This document shows, piece after piece, positions 9,992 through 16,737 of a stretch of 32,000 nt of DNA. The notes under the pieces were generated by a model. It was not told the origin of the DNA. It did no database searches and worked only from the letters and a program-made list of their open reading frames with translations. Every line of letters starts with the position of its first letter. The stretch's first letter is position 1. This DNA comes from Ruminococcus albus 7 = DSM 20455 (GTDB lineage: Bacteria > Bacillota > Clostridia > Oscillospirales > Ruminococcaceae): the NCBI RefSeq assembly GCF_000179635.2, contig NC_014833.1:450001-482000 (forward strand), written 5' to 3'. A program made the translations under genes and the position numbers.

Positions 9992-10234
9992 ATGGCAGTT
10001 AAGATCAGACTGAGAAGAATGGGTGCTAAGAAGGCTCCTTTCTACAGACTTGTTGTTGCTGACTCCAGATATCCCAGAGATGGTAGATTTATCGAGGAGC
10101 TGGGCTATTATGATCCTACCAAGGAGCCTTCCCTGGTAAAGGTCGATGACGAAAAGGTTAAGAGCTGGATCGCTAAGGGCGCACAGCCTACCGACACAGT
10201 AAAGGCTATCCTGAAGAAGAACGGCACACTGTAA
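9992..10234 (+). CDS. rpsP: 30S ribosomal protein S16
   Basis: [26 protein letters not shown] is the canonical bS16 N-terminus. GGAGG RBS. Confidence 0.96.
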   Translation: MAVKIRLRRMGAKKAPFYRLVVADSRYPRDGRFIEELGYYDPTKEPSLVKVDDEKVKSWIAKGAQPTDTVKAILKKNGTL

Positions 10235-10329
10235 TCGGGAATCAGGCACAAACAACTCTGATCGGTAAGGTAACAGTATCCCGCATCTGCCTTACCGATA
10301 ACTTTTGCGGGAGGTAAGGAGTTTTAGCG

Positions 10330-10563
10330 ATGGAAGAATTACTGAAAACTATCGTGACCGATCTGGTCGAGGACAAGACAGCTGTCGAGGTCAGTGTTGA
10401 CGAGCCTAACGATGAAGGTGTTATCGTATATCATCTTCACGTAGCACAGGATGACATGGGAAGAGTAATCGGCAAGCAGGGCAGGATCGCAAAGGCTATC
10501 CGCGTTGTTATGAGAGCGGCTGCTTCCAAGCTCGGACAGAAGATTATGGTCGAGATCGACTGA
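10330..10563 (+). CDS. khpA: KH-domain RNA-binding protein (YlqC/KhpA family)
   Basis: 77 aa with the VIGKQGRIAKAIR KH (GxxG) motif. Conserved location downstream of rpsP. Confidence 0.88.
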   Translation: MEELLKTIVTDLVEDKTAVEVSVDEPNDEGVIVYHLHVAQDDMGRVIGKQGRIAKAIRVVMRAAASKLGQKIMVEID

Positions 10564-10592
10564 TAGGTACGATCAACATAAATAGTTTATCC

Positions 10593-10626
10593 ACACCCTC
10601 GGCTTAAACGCGGCGAGGGTGTTTTT
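10593..10626 (+). terminator. Rho-independent terminator after the KH-protein gene
   Basis: ACACCCTCG / CGAGGGTGT 9-bp stem followed by TTTTT. Confidence 0.7.
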
Positions 10627-10694
10627 ACTTAATTGAACGATCTACAAAAGTAAAGACCGTTTTGAGTGGATATATCAATAAAGGAGAAATGGCT

Positions 10695-11135
10695 ATGAAA
10701 AAACCAGACTTTATGAAAGGGCGTTACGGCTTTGATATGCTGTTTTTCGCAGTGACTGTGGTCTGCCTGATAATAGTTCTGCTGACAAATACTCTGCTGT
10801 GTCGCATACCGCACATATCTGTCAGCGGTATAATGGGAGTGACCGGGCTGGCTATGATAATCAATACATCCCGTGTGTTTTCAAAGCAGATAAGCAGACG
10901 TCAGGCTGAAAATATCAGGTTCATACTCTTTCTGAATAAGCTGACAGGTAAAAATGGCAAGCCCGGTAAGTATGTTACTGATAACAGAGGGTACACGCCC
11001 CTTAGTCAGCTGAAAAAAAGTGCACCTGAAGGACTTCGATGCCGGTGTGGAAAGCTGCTTGATGTGCCGCCTGACAAAGGCAGTCATATAGTTATCTGCC
11101 CGAAGTGCGGAGAAAGACTGTATATAAAGAAATAA
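10695..11135 (+). CDS. Membrane protein with a C-terminal zinc-ribbon, unknown function
   Basis: Two predicted TM helices, then CRCG...(17 residues)...CPKCG, a four-Cys zinc-ribbon pattern. The start is ambiguous (10662, 10689 or 10695). 10695 gives the best spacing to AGGAG at 10682-10686. Confidence 0.55.
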   Translation: MKKPDFMKGRYGFDMLFFAVTVVCLIIVLLTNTLLCRIPHISVSGIMGVTGLAMIINTSRVFSKQISRRQAENIRFILFLNKLTGKNGKPGKYVTDNRGYTPLSQLKKSAPEGLRCRCGKLLDVPPDKGSHIVICPKCGERLYIKK

Positions 11136-11150
11136 CGATAGCGGCGGGAC

Positions 11151-11179
11151 TTGACATTCCGTGGAAAATCGGTTATAAT
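11151..11179 (+). promoter_or_regulatory. Sigma-A type promoter of the Rrf2 regulator gene
   Basis: TTGACA (11151-11156), 17-nt spacer, TATAAT (11174-11179). Confidence 0.6.
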
Positions 11180-11229
11180 AAAATCATATTACAACCATAG
11201 GATTACTAAACCAACTAAGGAGGGAAGCT

Positions 11230-11664
11230 ATGAAGATCTCCACAAAGGGAAGATATGCGCTCAGATTAATGACTGATCTTGCTGAACATAAGGATGATGG
11301 CTATATACCTATAAAGGTAATAGCTGAAAGACAGAACATAAGTGATAAATATCTGGAACAGATTATTTCTATACTCAGCCGCTCAGGCTATGTGCGCAGT
11401 GTCAGGGGCGCAGGCGGCGGCTATACGCTGGCTTATCCGCCTGAAAAGTACACAGTAGGTATGATACTGCGGCTGACAGAGGGCAGCCTTGCACCTGTTG
11501 CCTGTCTTGAAACGGATGAAAATCTGTGTCCTCGTGCTAAAGCCTGCCCTACATTATTTATCTGGGAGAAGCTGTATTCTGCCATAAATTATGTAGTAGA
11601 CGGTATAACTATCGCGGATATCGTTGCACGCGATTTTGATGAAGCTGATCTTTACAGTATATGA
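11230..11664 (+). CDS. Rrf2 family transcriptional regulator (IscR/CymR-like, probable Fe-S binding)
   Basis: MKISTKGRYALRLMTDLA is the hallmark Rrf2 winged-helix N-terminus. The Cys triad C-x8-C-x5-C (CLETDENLCPRAKAC) is typical of cluster-ligating members. Confidence 0.9.
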   Translation: MKISTKGRYALRLMTDLAEHKDDGYIPIKVIAERQNISDKYLEQIISILSRSGYVRSVRGAGGGYTLAYPPEKYTVGMILRLTEGSLAPVACLETDENLCPRAKACPTLFIWEKLYSAINYVVDGITIADIVARDFDEADLYSI

Positions 11665-11670
11665 TATTAC

Positions 11671-11698
11671 GCTGCTGCCTGCGGGCGGCAGCTTTTTT
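11671..11698 (+). terminator. Rho-independent terminator
   Basis: GC-rich hairpin (GCTGCC...GGCAGC) followed by TTTTTT. Confidence 0.6.
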
Positions 11699-11711
11699 GT
11701 GGGCTGCAAGA

Positions 11712-11740
11712 TTGACAACTATCTGCAAAAATGCTATAAT
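11712..11740 (+). promoter_or_regulatory. Sigma-A type promoter of the alaX-like gene
   Basis: TTGACA (11712-11717), 17-nt spacer, TGC-TATAAT (11735-11740). Confidence 0.6.
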
Positions 11741-11860
11741 TTTTTCATATCATCATTTTCGTAGGTCTGGTTTATGGACATAGATGAAAACAGGATAGCA
11801 GATCTTGATGAGCATACTCATATCAAGCTGATACTTGAAAAGATATAGAGGGGTAATTAT

Positions 11861-13015
11861 ATGACGGAGAAACTGTTTGATAACGGCACGCTGTTTGCTT
11901 TTGATGCGCAAGTGACAGCCTGTGCTGAAACTGAAAAGGGATATGAAGTCATACTCGACAGAACGGCTTTTTTTCCTGAAGGCGGAGGACAGGCAGGCGA
12001 TGCAGGTACTCTTGACGGAGTAAAGGTAACAGATACCTATGAAAGAAACGGTGAAGTCATTCACCTGTGCAGGTCATCGCTGGAGGTCGGTAAAAAGGTA
12101 TACGGTGAGATAGATGCGGATATACGTATCAGAAGGATGCAGAACCATTCGGGGGAGCACCTTCTTATGGGATTTATCCATAATATGACGGGCTATGAGA
12201 ACGTAGGATTCCACATGGGCTCGGAGGAAGTGCTTCTTGATCTTGACGGTGTCATATCGGCTGAGGATATAAGGATATGCGAACAGAAAGCCAATGAGGC
12301 TGTTGCCGCTGATGTACCTATCACCATAAGCTATCCTGATGGCGAGGAGTTATCCTGTATGGAATATCGCAGCAAGCTGGAAATGACCGAAAATGTCAGG
12401 ATAGTGACCATTGAGGGCATTGACCGCTGCGCCTGCTGTGCGCCACATTTTCCTTCAACGGGAAGTATAGGTATAATAAAGGTCATATCCGCTGAGAGCA
12501 ACCGCGGCGGAACAAGGCTGCATATAATATGCGGACTGGATGCGCTTGATCTGATAAGGCAGAGGATGGAAAGTAATGCTGCTATATCGCGTATGCTGTC
12601 TGCTAAGCCTGAAAAAACTGCAGATGCTGTTGAAAAGCTGCTTGGCGAAAACGCAGCGCTTAAAAAACAGCTTGCGGAAAACGAGCGCCGTGCGGCAGAG
12701 GATATCATCGGAAGCATAAAAAATGACAGCAGAAAAAGCTTCTGCGTATTCACAAGAGGTATCGGCAGGAACAATATGCAGAAGATAGCCAACCATGCTG
12801 TAAAGCTTACTGACGGTGCGGTGGCTGTGCTTTCGGAGGATGCGGCAGGCTTTGGCTATATCATAGCATCCGAGAAGCTGCCGCTGCGTGCCATGGCTAA
12901 GGATATCAACTTGGCTCTGGGCGGAAAGGGCGGAGGCTCGGATCAGATGATACAAGGAACTTTTACAGCACCAAAGGAAGCTATCGAAAGCTACTTTAAA
13001 GCGATGCAGATGTAA
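11861..13015 (+). CDS. alaX: Alanyl-tRNA editing protein, AlaX-L type (tRNA synthetase second additional domain plus DHHA1-like C-terminus)
   Basis: 384 aa. Zinc-binding editing-site motifs HSGEHLL and CCAPH are characteristic of the AlaRS/ThrRS editing (SAD) domain. The N-terminal FFPEGGGQ motif is also typical. Confidence 0.85.
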   Translation: MTEKLFDNGTLFAFDAQVTACAETEKGYEVILDRTAFFPEGGGQAGDAGTLDGVKVTDTYERNGEVIHLCRSSLEVGKKVYGEIDADIRIRRMQNHSGEHLLMGFIHNMTGYENVGFHMGSEEVLLDLDGVISAEDIRICEQKANEAVAADVPITISYPDGEELSCMEYRSKLEMTENVRIVTIEGIDRCACCAPHFPSTGSIGIIKVISAESNRGGTRLHIICGLDALDLIRQRMESNAAISRMLSAKPEKTADAVEKLLGENAALKKQLAENERRAAEDIIGSIKNDSRKSFCVFTRGIGRNNMQKIANHAVKLTDGAVAVLSEDAAGFGYIIASEKLPLRAMAKDINLALGGKGGGSDQMIQGTFTAPKEAIESYFKAMQM

Positions 13016-13042
13016 GACGATCAGAATATAAAGGTAACATAA

Positions 13043-13075
13043 AAGGGACAGCTGTGAACAAGTCAGCTGTCCCTT
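13043..13075. terminator. Bidirectional terminator between the convergent alaX and corA genes
   Basis: Perfect 12-bp stem AAGGGACAGCTG / CAGCTGTCCCTT with a 9-nt loop, A/T-rich on both sides. Confidence 0.65.
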
Positions 13076-13088
13076 AAATAATGTCATA

Positions 13089-14006
13089 TCAAAGCCATTT
13101 TTTCCTTTTGAAGAATATGAGGCTGAAAATTACTATAACTATACTGAGCGCGATAACGATAGGATAGGATATCTTATACTCAAGCTCGGGCATATATTTG
13201 AAGTTCATGCCGTACCAGCCTGCTATCAGTGTAAGCGGCATGAATATAGAGGTGATAACCGTGAGCAGAGTCATTATCCTGTTCTGCTTGATATCGAGTC
13301 TTGACTGATACAGGTCGCGTATCTGTATGGAATAATCGCGCAGAGAGGAGGTCATATCGTGCAGACGGGATATGCGCTGATTGAACAGGTGGAAATATCT
13401 TACATTATCCTTTTTGAAGAAGTCGTTCTCATTTTCCTCAAGTTCCTGTGCCAGATCCTGAAGCTGTTCGTAATGGATGCGAAGATCTCTGAGGTCACTG
13501 CGTATATGGTTGACCCTTGGCGTCGGATCAGCTTCTGAGCCTGAAAGTATATCCGATTCAATGGTATCAAGCTCCTTGTCATACTTTTCCAGCATGGCCT
13601 GATCACCGGTGACAAGTTGTTCCAGAAAATCGTATATGAATCTTTCAAGACTTGGCAGTGCCCATTTTTTAGTGCGTATGATACTTTGCAGGATCTTTTC
13701 GACCATACCGCTGTCATCAATGAATACTATACCCTTCTCATCCAGTGCGAAGGCGAAATTTGTATTTGTGCCTGAGAGGTTTCTGCGGTCAGGGACAGAG
13801 AAGGTACCTGTCAGTGAATCGTAGTTGACCTCGGCTTTGGTTGAATGGACAGCCGAAAGATCAATGTCCATCTCAATGCCCATATCGAAAGTATCCTTGA
13901 ACTCCATCCATTCTGCAGAAGTAAGTACAGCTACGTATTTAGCGCCCTGCTTGCCGCTGATGGTTTCCTCTGCCTTTTCAAGAGTGCTCTTAATATAGTA
14001 TAACAT
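13089..14006 (-). CDS. corA: CorA family magnesium/cobalt transporter
   Basis: 305 aa. Two C-terminal TM helices with the signature GWYGMNF (GMN motif) between them. GGAGG RBS. Confidence 0.9.
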   Translation of the reverse strand: MLYYIKSTLEKAEETISGKQGAKYVAVLTSAEWMEFKDTFDMGIEMDIDLSAVHSTKAEVNYDSLTGTFSVPDRRNLSGTNTNFAFALDEKGIVFIDDSGMVEKILQSIIRTKKWALPSLERFIYDFLEQLVTGDQAMLEKYDKELDTIESDILSGSEADPTPRVNHIRSDLRDLRIHYEQLQDLAQELEENENDFFKKDNVRYFHLFNQRISRLHDMTSSLRDYSIQIRDLYQSRLDIKQNRIMTLLTVITSIFMPLTLIAGWYGMNFKYMPELEYKISYPIVIALSIVIVIFSLIFFKRKKWL

Positions 14007-14035
14007 TTTTGACCTCCTGTATGTTTGATAAGTAT

Positions 14036-14064
14036 ATTATAACACCGGATACCCGAAATTGCAA
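14036..14064 (-). promoter_or_regulatory. Sigma-A type promoter of corA
   Basis: On the minus strand: TTGCAA (14064-14059), 17-nt spacer, TGT-TATAAT (14041-14036). Confidence 0.55.
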
Positions 14065-14094
14065 CAACAAAATAAAGCGGGAAATATAATTCAT

Positions 14095-14250
14095 GGTTAT
14101 CCCTTTAACACACCATTAAAAAGTGCTATATAACAATGAATCATCGTGTTGATGTTATCCTTCCCCCGCCGCAGGCGGGGGAAGGATAACCGCCGAGTAT
14201 TTCTAGTTCTTATATTACACCAAATTAATTGGTGTGTAAACGGGATAATC
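14095..14250. repeat. About 156-bp foldback (MITE/REP-like) palindromic element
   Basis: Imperfect 21-bp terminal inverted repeats, matching 18/21: GGTTATCCCTTTAACACACCA at 14095-14115 and TGGTGTGTAAACGGGATAATC at 14230-14250. A central perfect 17-bp stem with 3-nt loop lies at 14154-14190 (GTTATCCTTCCCCCGCC-gca-GGCGGGGGAAGGATAAC). The arms in between are partly complementary. Confidence 0.6.
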
Positions 14251-14414
14251 AGAATATAATTTAATTGCCTGCACAGCGAAGCGTATTTATAACGTAAAAC
14301 TGCGTTTAGATATTTGACCTTTGTATAATATCTGCAATAGTTTTCAAGAATGACGATTAAAATACAGCGCTATTAACGAAGTGAAAAAAACTCAAAAAAA
14401 ATCAAAAAAAACTA

Positions 14415-14443
14415 TTGACAAATGGGGTGATATGGTGTATAAT
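14415..14443 (+). promoter_or_regulatory. Sigma-A type promoter of the tRNA cluster with an A-rich UP-like region
   Basis: TTGACA (14415-14420), 17-nt spacer, TGT-TATAAT (14438-14443). Preceded by long A-tracts at 14385-14410. Confidence 0.65.
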
Positions 14444-14499
14444 AGATACTGTTGTGAGGGACGAAACGAAAACGAAACGAACTTCACAGGAAAGAATAT

Positions 14500-14572
14500 G
14501 GGGGTTTAGCTCAGCTGGGAGAGCATCTGCCTTACAAGCAGAGGGTCACAGGTTCGAGCCCTGTAGTCCCCA
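14500..14572 (+). tRNA. tRNA-Val (anticodon TAC)
   Basis: Hand-folded canonical cloverleaf: acceptor GGGGGTT/AGTCCCC, D arm GCTC-AGCTGGGA-GAGC, anticodon arm TCTGC-CTTACAA-GCAGA, T arm ACAGG-TTCGAGC-CCTGT. No encoded CCA. Confidence 0.93.
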
Positions 14573-14618
14573 TCAGTCAGATGTGTGCAGAACTTATCTG
14601 CACACGACTCTCTGACAC

Positions 14619-14692
14619 GGCCCGGTAGTTCAGTTGGTTAGAACGCCGCCCTGTCACGGCGGAGGTCGTGAGTTCGAGTCTCATCCGGGTCG
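14619..14692 (+). tRNA. tRNA-Asp (anticodon GTC)
   Basis: Acceptor GGCCCGG/CCGGGTC, anticodon arm CCGCC-CTGTCAC-GGCGG, T arm GTGAG-TTCGAGT-CTCAT, discriminator G. Confidence 0.93.
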
Positions 14693-14699
14693 CTTATAT

Positions 14700-14775
14700 G
14701 CTTCTGTAGCTCAGTCGGTAGAGCAGGGGACTGAAAATCCCCGTGTCGGTGGTTCAATTCCACTCGGAAGCACCA
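14700..14775 (+). tRNA. tRNA-Phe (anticodon GAA), CCA encoded
   Basis: Acceptor GCTTCTG/CGGAAGC, anticodon arm GGGGA-CTGAAAA-TCCCC, T arm GGTGG-TTCAATT-CCACT, discriminator A followed by CCA. Confidence 0.93.
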
Positions 14776-14778
14776 TTT

Positions 14779-14851
14779 GCGGATTTAGCTCATCTGGTAG
14801 AGCGCCACCTTGCCAAGGTGGAGGTAGCGAGTTCGAGCCTCGTAATCCGCT
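14779..14851 (+). tRNA. tRNA-Gly (anticodon GCC)
   Basis: Acceptor GCGGATT/AATCCGC, anticodon arm CCACC-TTGCCAA-GGTGG, T arm GCGAG-TTCGAGC-CTCGT, discriminator T. Confidence 0.93.
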
Positions 14852-14893
14852 CTCAGTATCCCGATGCTTAGGTATCGGGATACATTAATTAAT

Positions 14894-14967
14894 GCGGGTT
14901 TATTTCAACGCTAGAATACCTTTCTTCCTGAGAGGAGAAACTTGTTTAACTCAAGTGACCCGCTCCA
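14894..14967 (+). tRNA. Atypical tRNA-like gene with a Gly (UCC) anticodon, non-canonical D and T loops and encoded CCA
   Basis: Hand-folded cloverleaf. Acceptor GCGGGTT/GACCCGC, then T8 A9. D stem TTC/GAA with D loop AACGCTA (no GG). Anticodon stem CCTTT/AGAGG with loop CTTCCTG. Variable region AGAA. T stem ACTTG/CAAGT with T loop TTTAACT. Discriminator T, then CCA. Flanked by hairpins at 14856-14883 and 14971-14993. Not validated with a covariance model. Confidence 0.6.
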
Positions 14968-14970
14968 CTG

Positions 14971-14998
14971 AATGCCGATAGTTTATCGGCATTTTTTA
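14971..14998 (+). terminator. Terminator-like hairpin plus T-tract inside the tRNA cluster
   Basis: AATGCCGATA / TATCGGCATT stem followed by TTTTT, ending only 4 nt before tRNA-Gly(CCC). It may act as a partial terminator or a processing/stability element. Confidence 0.5.
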
Positions 14999-15001
14999 TA
15001 T

Positions 15002-15074
15002 GCGGATTTAGCTCATCCGGTAGAGCGCCACCTTCCCAAGGTGGATGTGGCGAGTTCGAGTCTCGTAATCCGCT
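15002..15074 (+). tRNA. tRNA-Gly (anticodon CCC)
   Basis: Near-identical paralogue of the GCC gene: acceptor GCGGATT/AATCCGC, anticodon arm CCACC-TTCCCAA-GGTGG, T arm GCGAG-TTCGAGT-CTCGT, discriminator T. Confidence 0.92.
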
Positions 15075-15078
15075 TATC

Positions 15079-15115
15079 GCCCCTGTCGCGTATGGCGCGG
15101 CGGGGGTCTTGTTTT
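15079..15115 (+). terminator. Rho-independent terminator ending the tRNA cluster
   Basis: Long GC-rich hairpin (CCCCTGTCGCG-tatgg-CGCGGCGGGG) followed by a T-rich stretch CTTGTTTT. Confidence 0.6.
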
Positions 15116-15269
15116 ATATCACTATGATACGTATATCAGTATGGTTGTATCCTGTTAAAGAACTTTTTGTATAATTTAATAGCGATTCTAACATTTTAAT
15201 AAAAAACACGAAAACTTTATCCTTATTTTTGTCAATTGAGAAAAATGTCGTAAGTTGCATAAAATGTTC

Positions 15270-15298
15270 TTGACAATCATCTCAATGTTTGTTATGAT
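15270..15298 (+). promoter_or_regulatory. Sigma-A type promoter of the CNNM/CorC-type gene
   Basis: TTGACA (15270-15275), 17-nt spacer, TGT-TATGAT (15293-15298). Confidence 0.55.
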
Positions 15299-15381
15299 AT
15301 ATGTTAGCAAAGTGTATCAAAGTGTGTATTTTTTTGTATACTAAAATTACGTACCTGTTATGAAGAAAGGAATTTGATTTG

Positions 15382-16698
15382 ATGGACGTTCCCGAACCGG
15401 CGCTTATGGGTGTAGCTTTACCCCTTATATGCAGCGTGTTTATATGGGTTTTTCGTGCCTGTGAATGCTGTGCTGCCGAAATACCCGACTCGCGCCTGAA
15501 AAAATTGGCGGAAAATGATAAACGAGCCCGAAATGTACTTATAATATTGGAACATTCCGGCAGATATACTGCACTTGATATTATCTCGCGTATTGTACTG
15601 ATATCGGTACAATTTGCCTGTGTATTTGTGTGGGACTATTTCCCCATTAAGAAAATGTTCACTAATTGGTTCGGCGGTGGAAACGCTGCAGGCGGGATCT
15701 GTGCTGCCGCTGTTATCGTTCTTGTTATGACAGTCTGGGTGGCTGCTGTATGCCTTAATGTACCGAAAAAACTGTGTTCTGCCGGTAAGGTGGGTGAGCG
15801 TTTCCTGCTTAGGACAGCCGGGATATACCGAGGCTGGCTCACATTATTCATGCCGCTGGAGATTATATGCCGCGGTGTGACATCTGCTTTGCTGAGGCTT
15901 TTTGGCGTGAAAAATGTCAATGCAGAGGACCATGTCACCGAAGAAGAGATACTGATGATGGTGGATGCCGTTAACGAAACAGGCGGTATCGGTGAAAGTC
16001 AGGCGGAGATGATCAGCAATATCTTCGAGTTTGACGATATCGGTATAGATGAAGTGATGACCCACCGTACTGAGGTAGCTGCTATAGACGAAAGTGCGCC
16101 TATACGTGAGGCTGTTGAACTGGCGATAGAAAGCGGATTTTCGCGCATACCTGTTTATAAGGACAGTATAGACGATATACAGGGCGTTATCTATGCTAAG
16201 GATCTCCTTACACTTGTGTTCCATGAGAGTGCAGAGGACAGGACAGTAAAGGATTTTATGCGTGAGGTAATATTTGTACCCGAGAGCCGCAAGTGCGGAG
16301 AGCTTTTCAAGGAGCTCACTGCCAAAAAAGTACAGATGGCGGTCGCTGTGGATGAATACGGCGGCACTGCCGGTGTTGTTACACTTGAAGACCTTATAGA
16401 AACTATTGTGGGCGATATCGTAGACGAATACGACGATGAGAGTGAGGAGATAACAAAGATCTCCGACGGCGTTTTTGAGATAGAAGGTAATGCGGGTTAT
16501 GAGGACGTTATGGAAGCCCTTGGCAAGGAACCCGATGAGGATTCACCCTTTGAAACGATAGGTGCTATGGTGATAGAACTGCTTGGTCATATACCAGATG
16601 ACGGTGAAAGACCGTCTGTAAAATGGGAGAACATCAAGTTCACTGTGACTGAGGCAGAGGATAGAAGGATAGGCAAGATACGGGCAGAGCTTTGCTGA
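15382..16698 (+). CDS. CNNM/HlyC-CorC family transporter (DUF21 TM domain, CBS pair, CorC_HlyC domain)
   Basis: About 438 aa with four N-terminal TM helices. It shows the conserved MTHRTEV motif at the start of a CBS pair and a C-terminal transporter-associated domain. ATG 15382 is preceded by an in-frame TTG at 15379, which is the track's start. Confidence 0.88.
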   Translation: MDVPEPALMGVALPLICSVFIWVFRACECCAAEIPDSRLKKLAENDKRARNVLIILEHSGRYTALDIISRIVLISVQFACVFVWDYFPIKKMFTNWFGGGNAAGGICAAAVIVLVMTVWVAAVCLNVPKKLCSAGKVGERFLLRTAGIYRGWLTLFMPLEIICRGVTSALLRLFGVKNVNAEDHVTEEEILMMVDAVNETGGIGESQAEMISNIFEFDDIGIDEVMTHRTEVAAIDESAPIREAVELAIESGFSRIPVYKDSIDDIQGVIYAKDLLTLVFHESAEDRTVKDFMREVIFVPESRKCGELFKELTAKKVQMAVAVDEYGGTAGVVTLEDLIETIVGDIVDEYDDESEEITKISDGVFEIEGNAGYEDVMEALGKEPDEDSPFETIGAMVIELLGHIPDDGERPSVKWENIKFTVTEAEDRRIGKIRAELC

Positions 16699-16737
16699 CG
16701 GCACAGGCTCTGTGGAGCTTTGAAGGAGTGGATTTCT

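Noticed and set aside
11741-11860. Possible T-box or other leader upstream of the alaX-like gene
   Set aside because: The leader is only ~115 nt and has one imperfect hairpin (around 11795-11830). There is no T-box consensus or specifier/antiterminator layout.
12331-13087. Minus-strand ORFs of 153 and 210 aa
   Set aside because: They are antisense to the alaX-like gene. The longer one also runs through the bidirectional terminator.
14007-14260. Possible M-box (Mg2+) riboswitch upstream of corA
   Set aside because: The corA promoter at 14036-14064 leaves only a ~25-nt leader. The palindromic element lies upstream of that promoter, and the sequence lacks the conserved M-box cores as I remember them.
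14459-14482. ACGAAA-type short tandem repeat (GACGAAACGAAAACGAAACGAAC) in the tRNA leader
   Set aside because: It has only about 4 imperfect units, no spacer architecture (so not CRISPR) and no obvious function. It is probably a low-complexity leader sequence.
14415-14888. ORFs 14415-14615 and 14634-14888
   Set aside because: They are translations through the tRNA-Val/Asp/Phe/Gly genes, hence the GRxxEFES-like repeats derived from T arms. They are not protein-coding.
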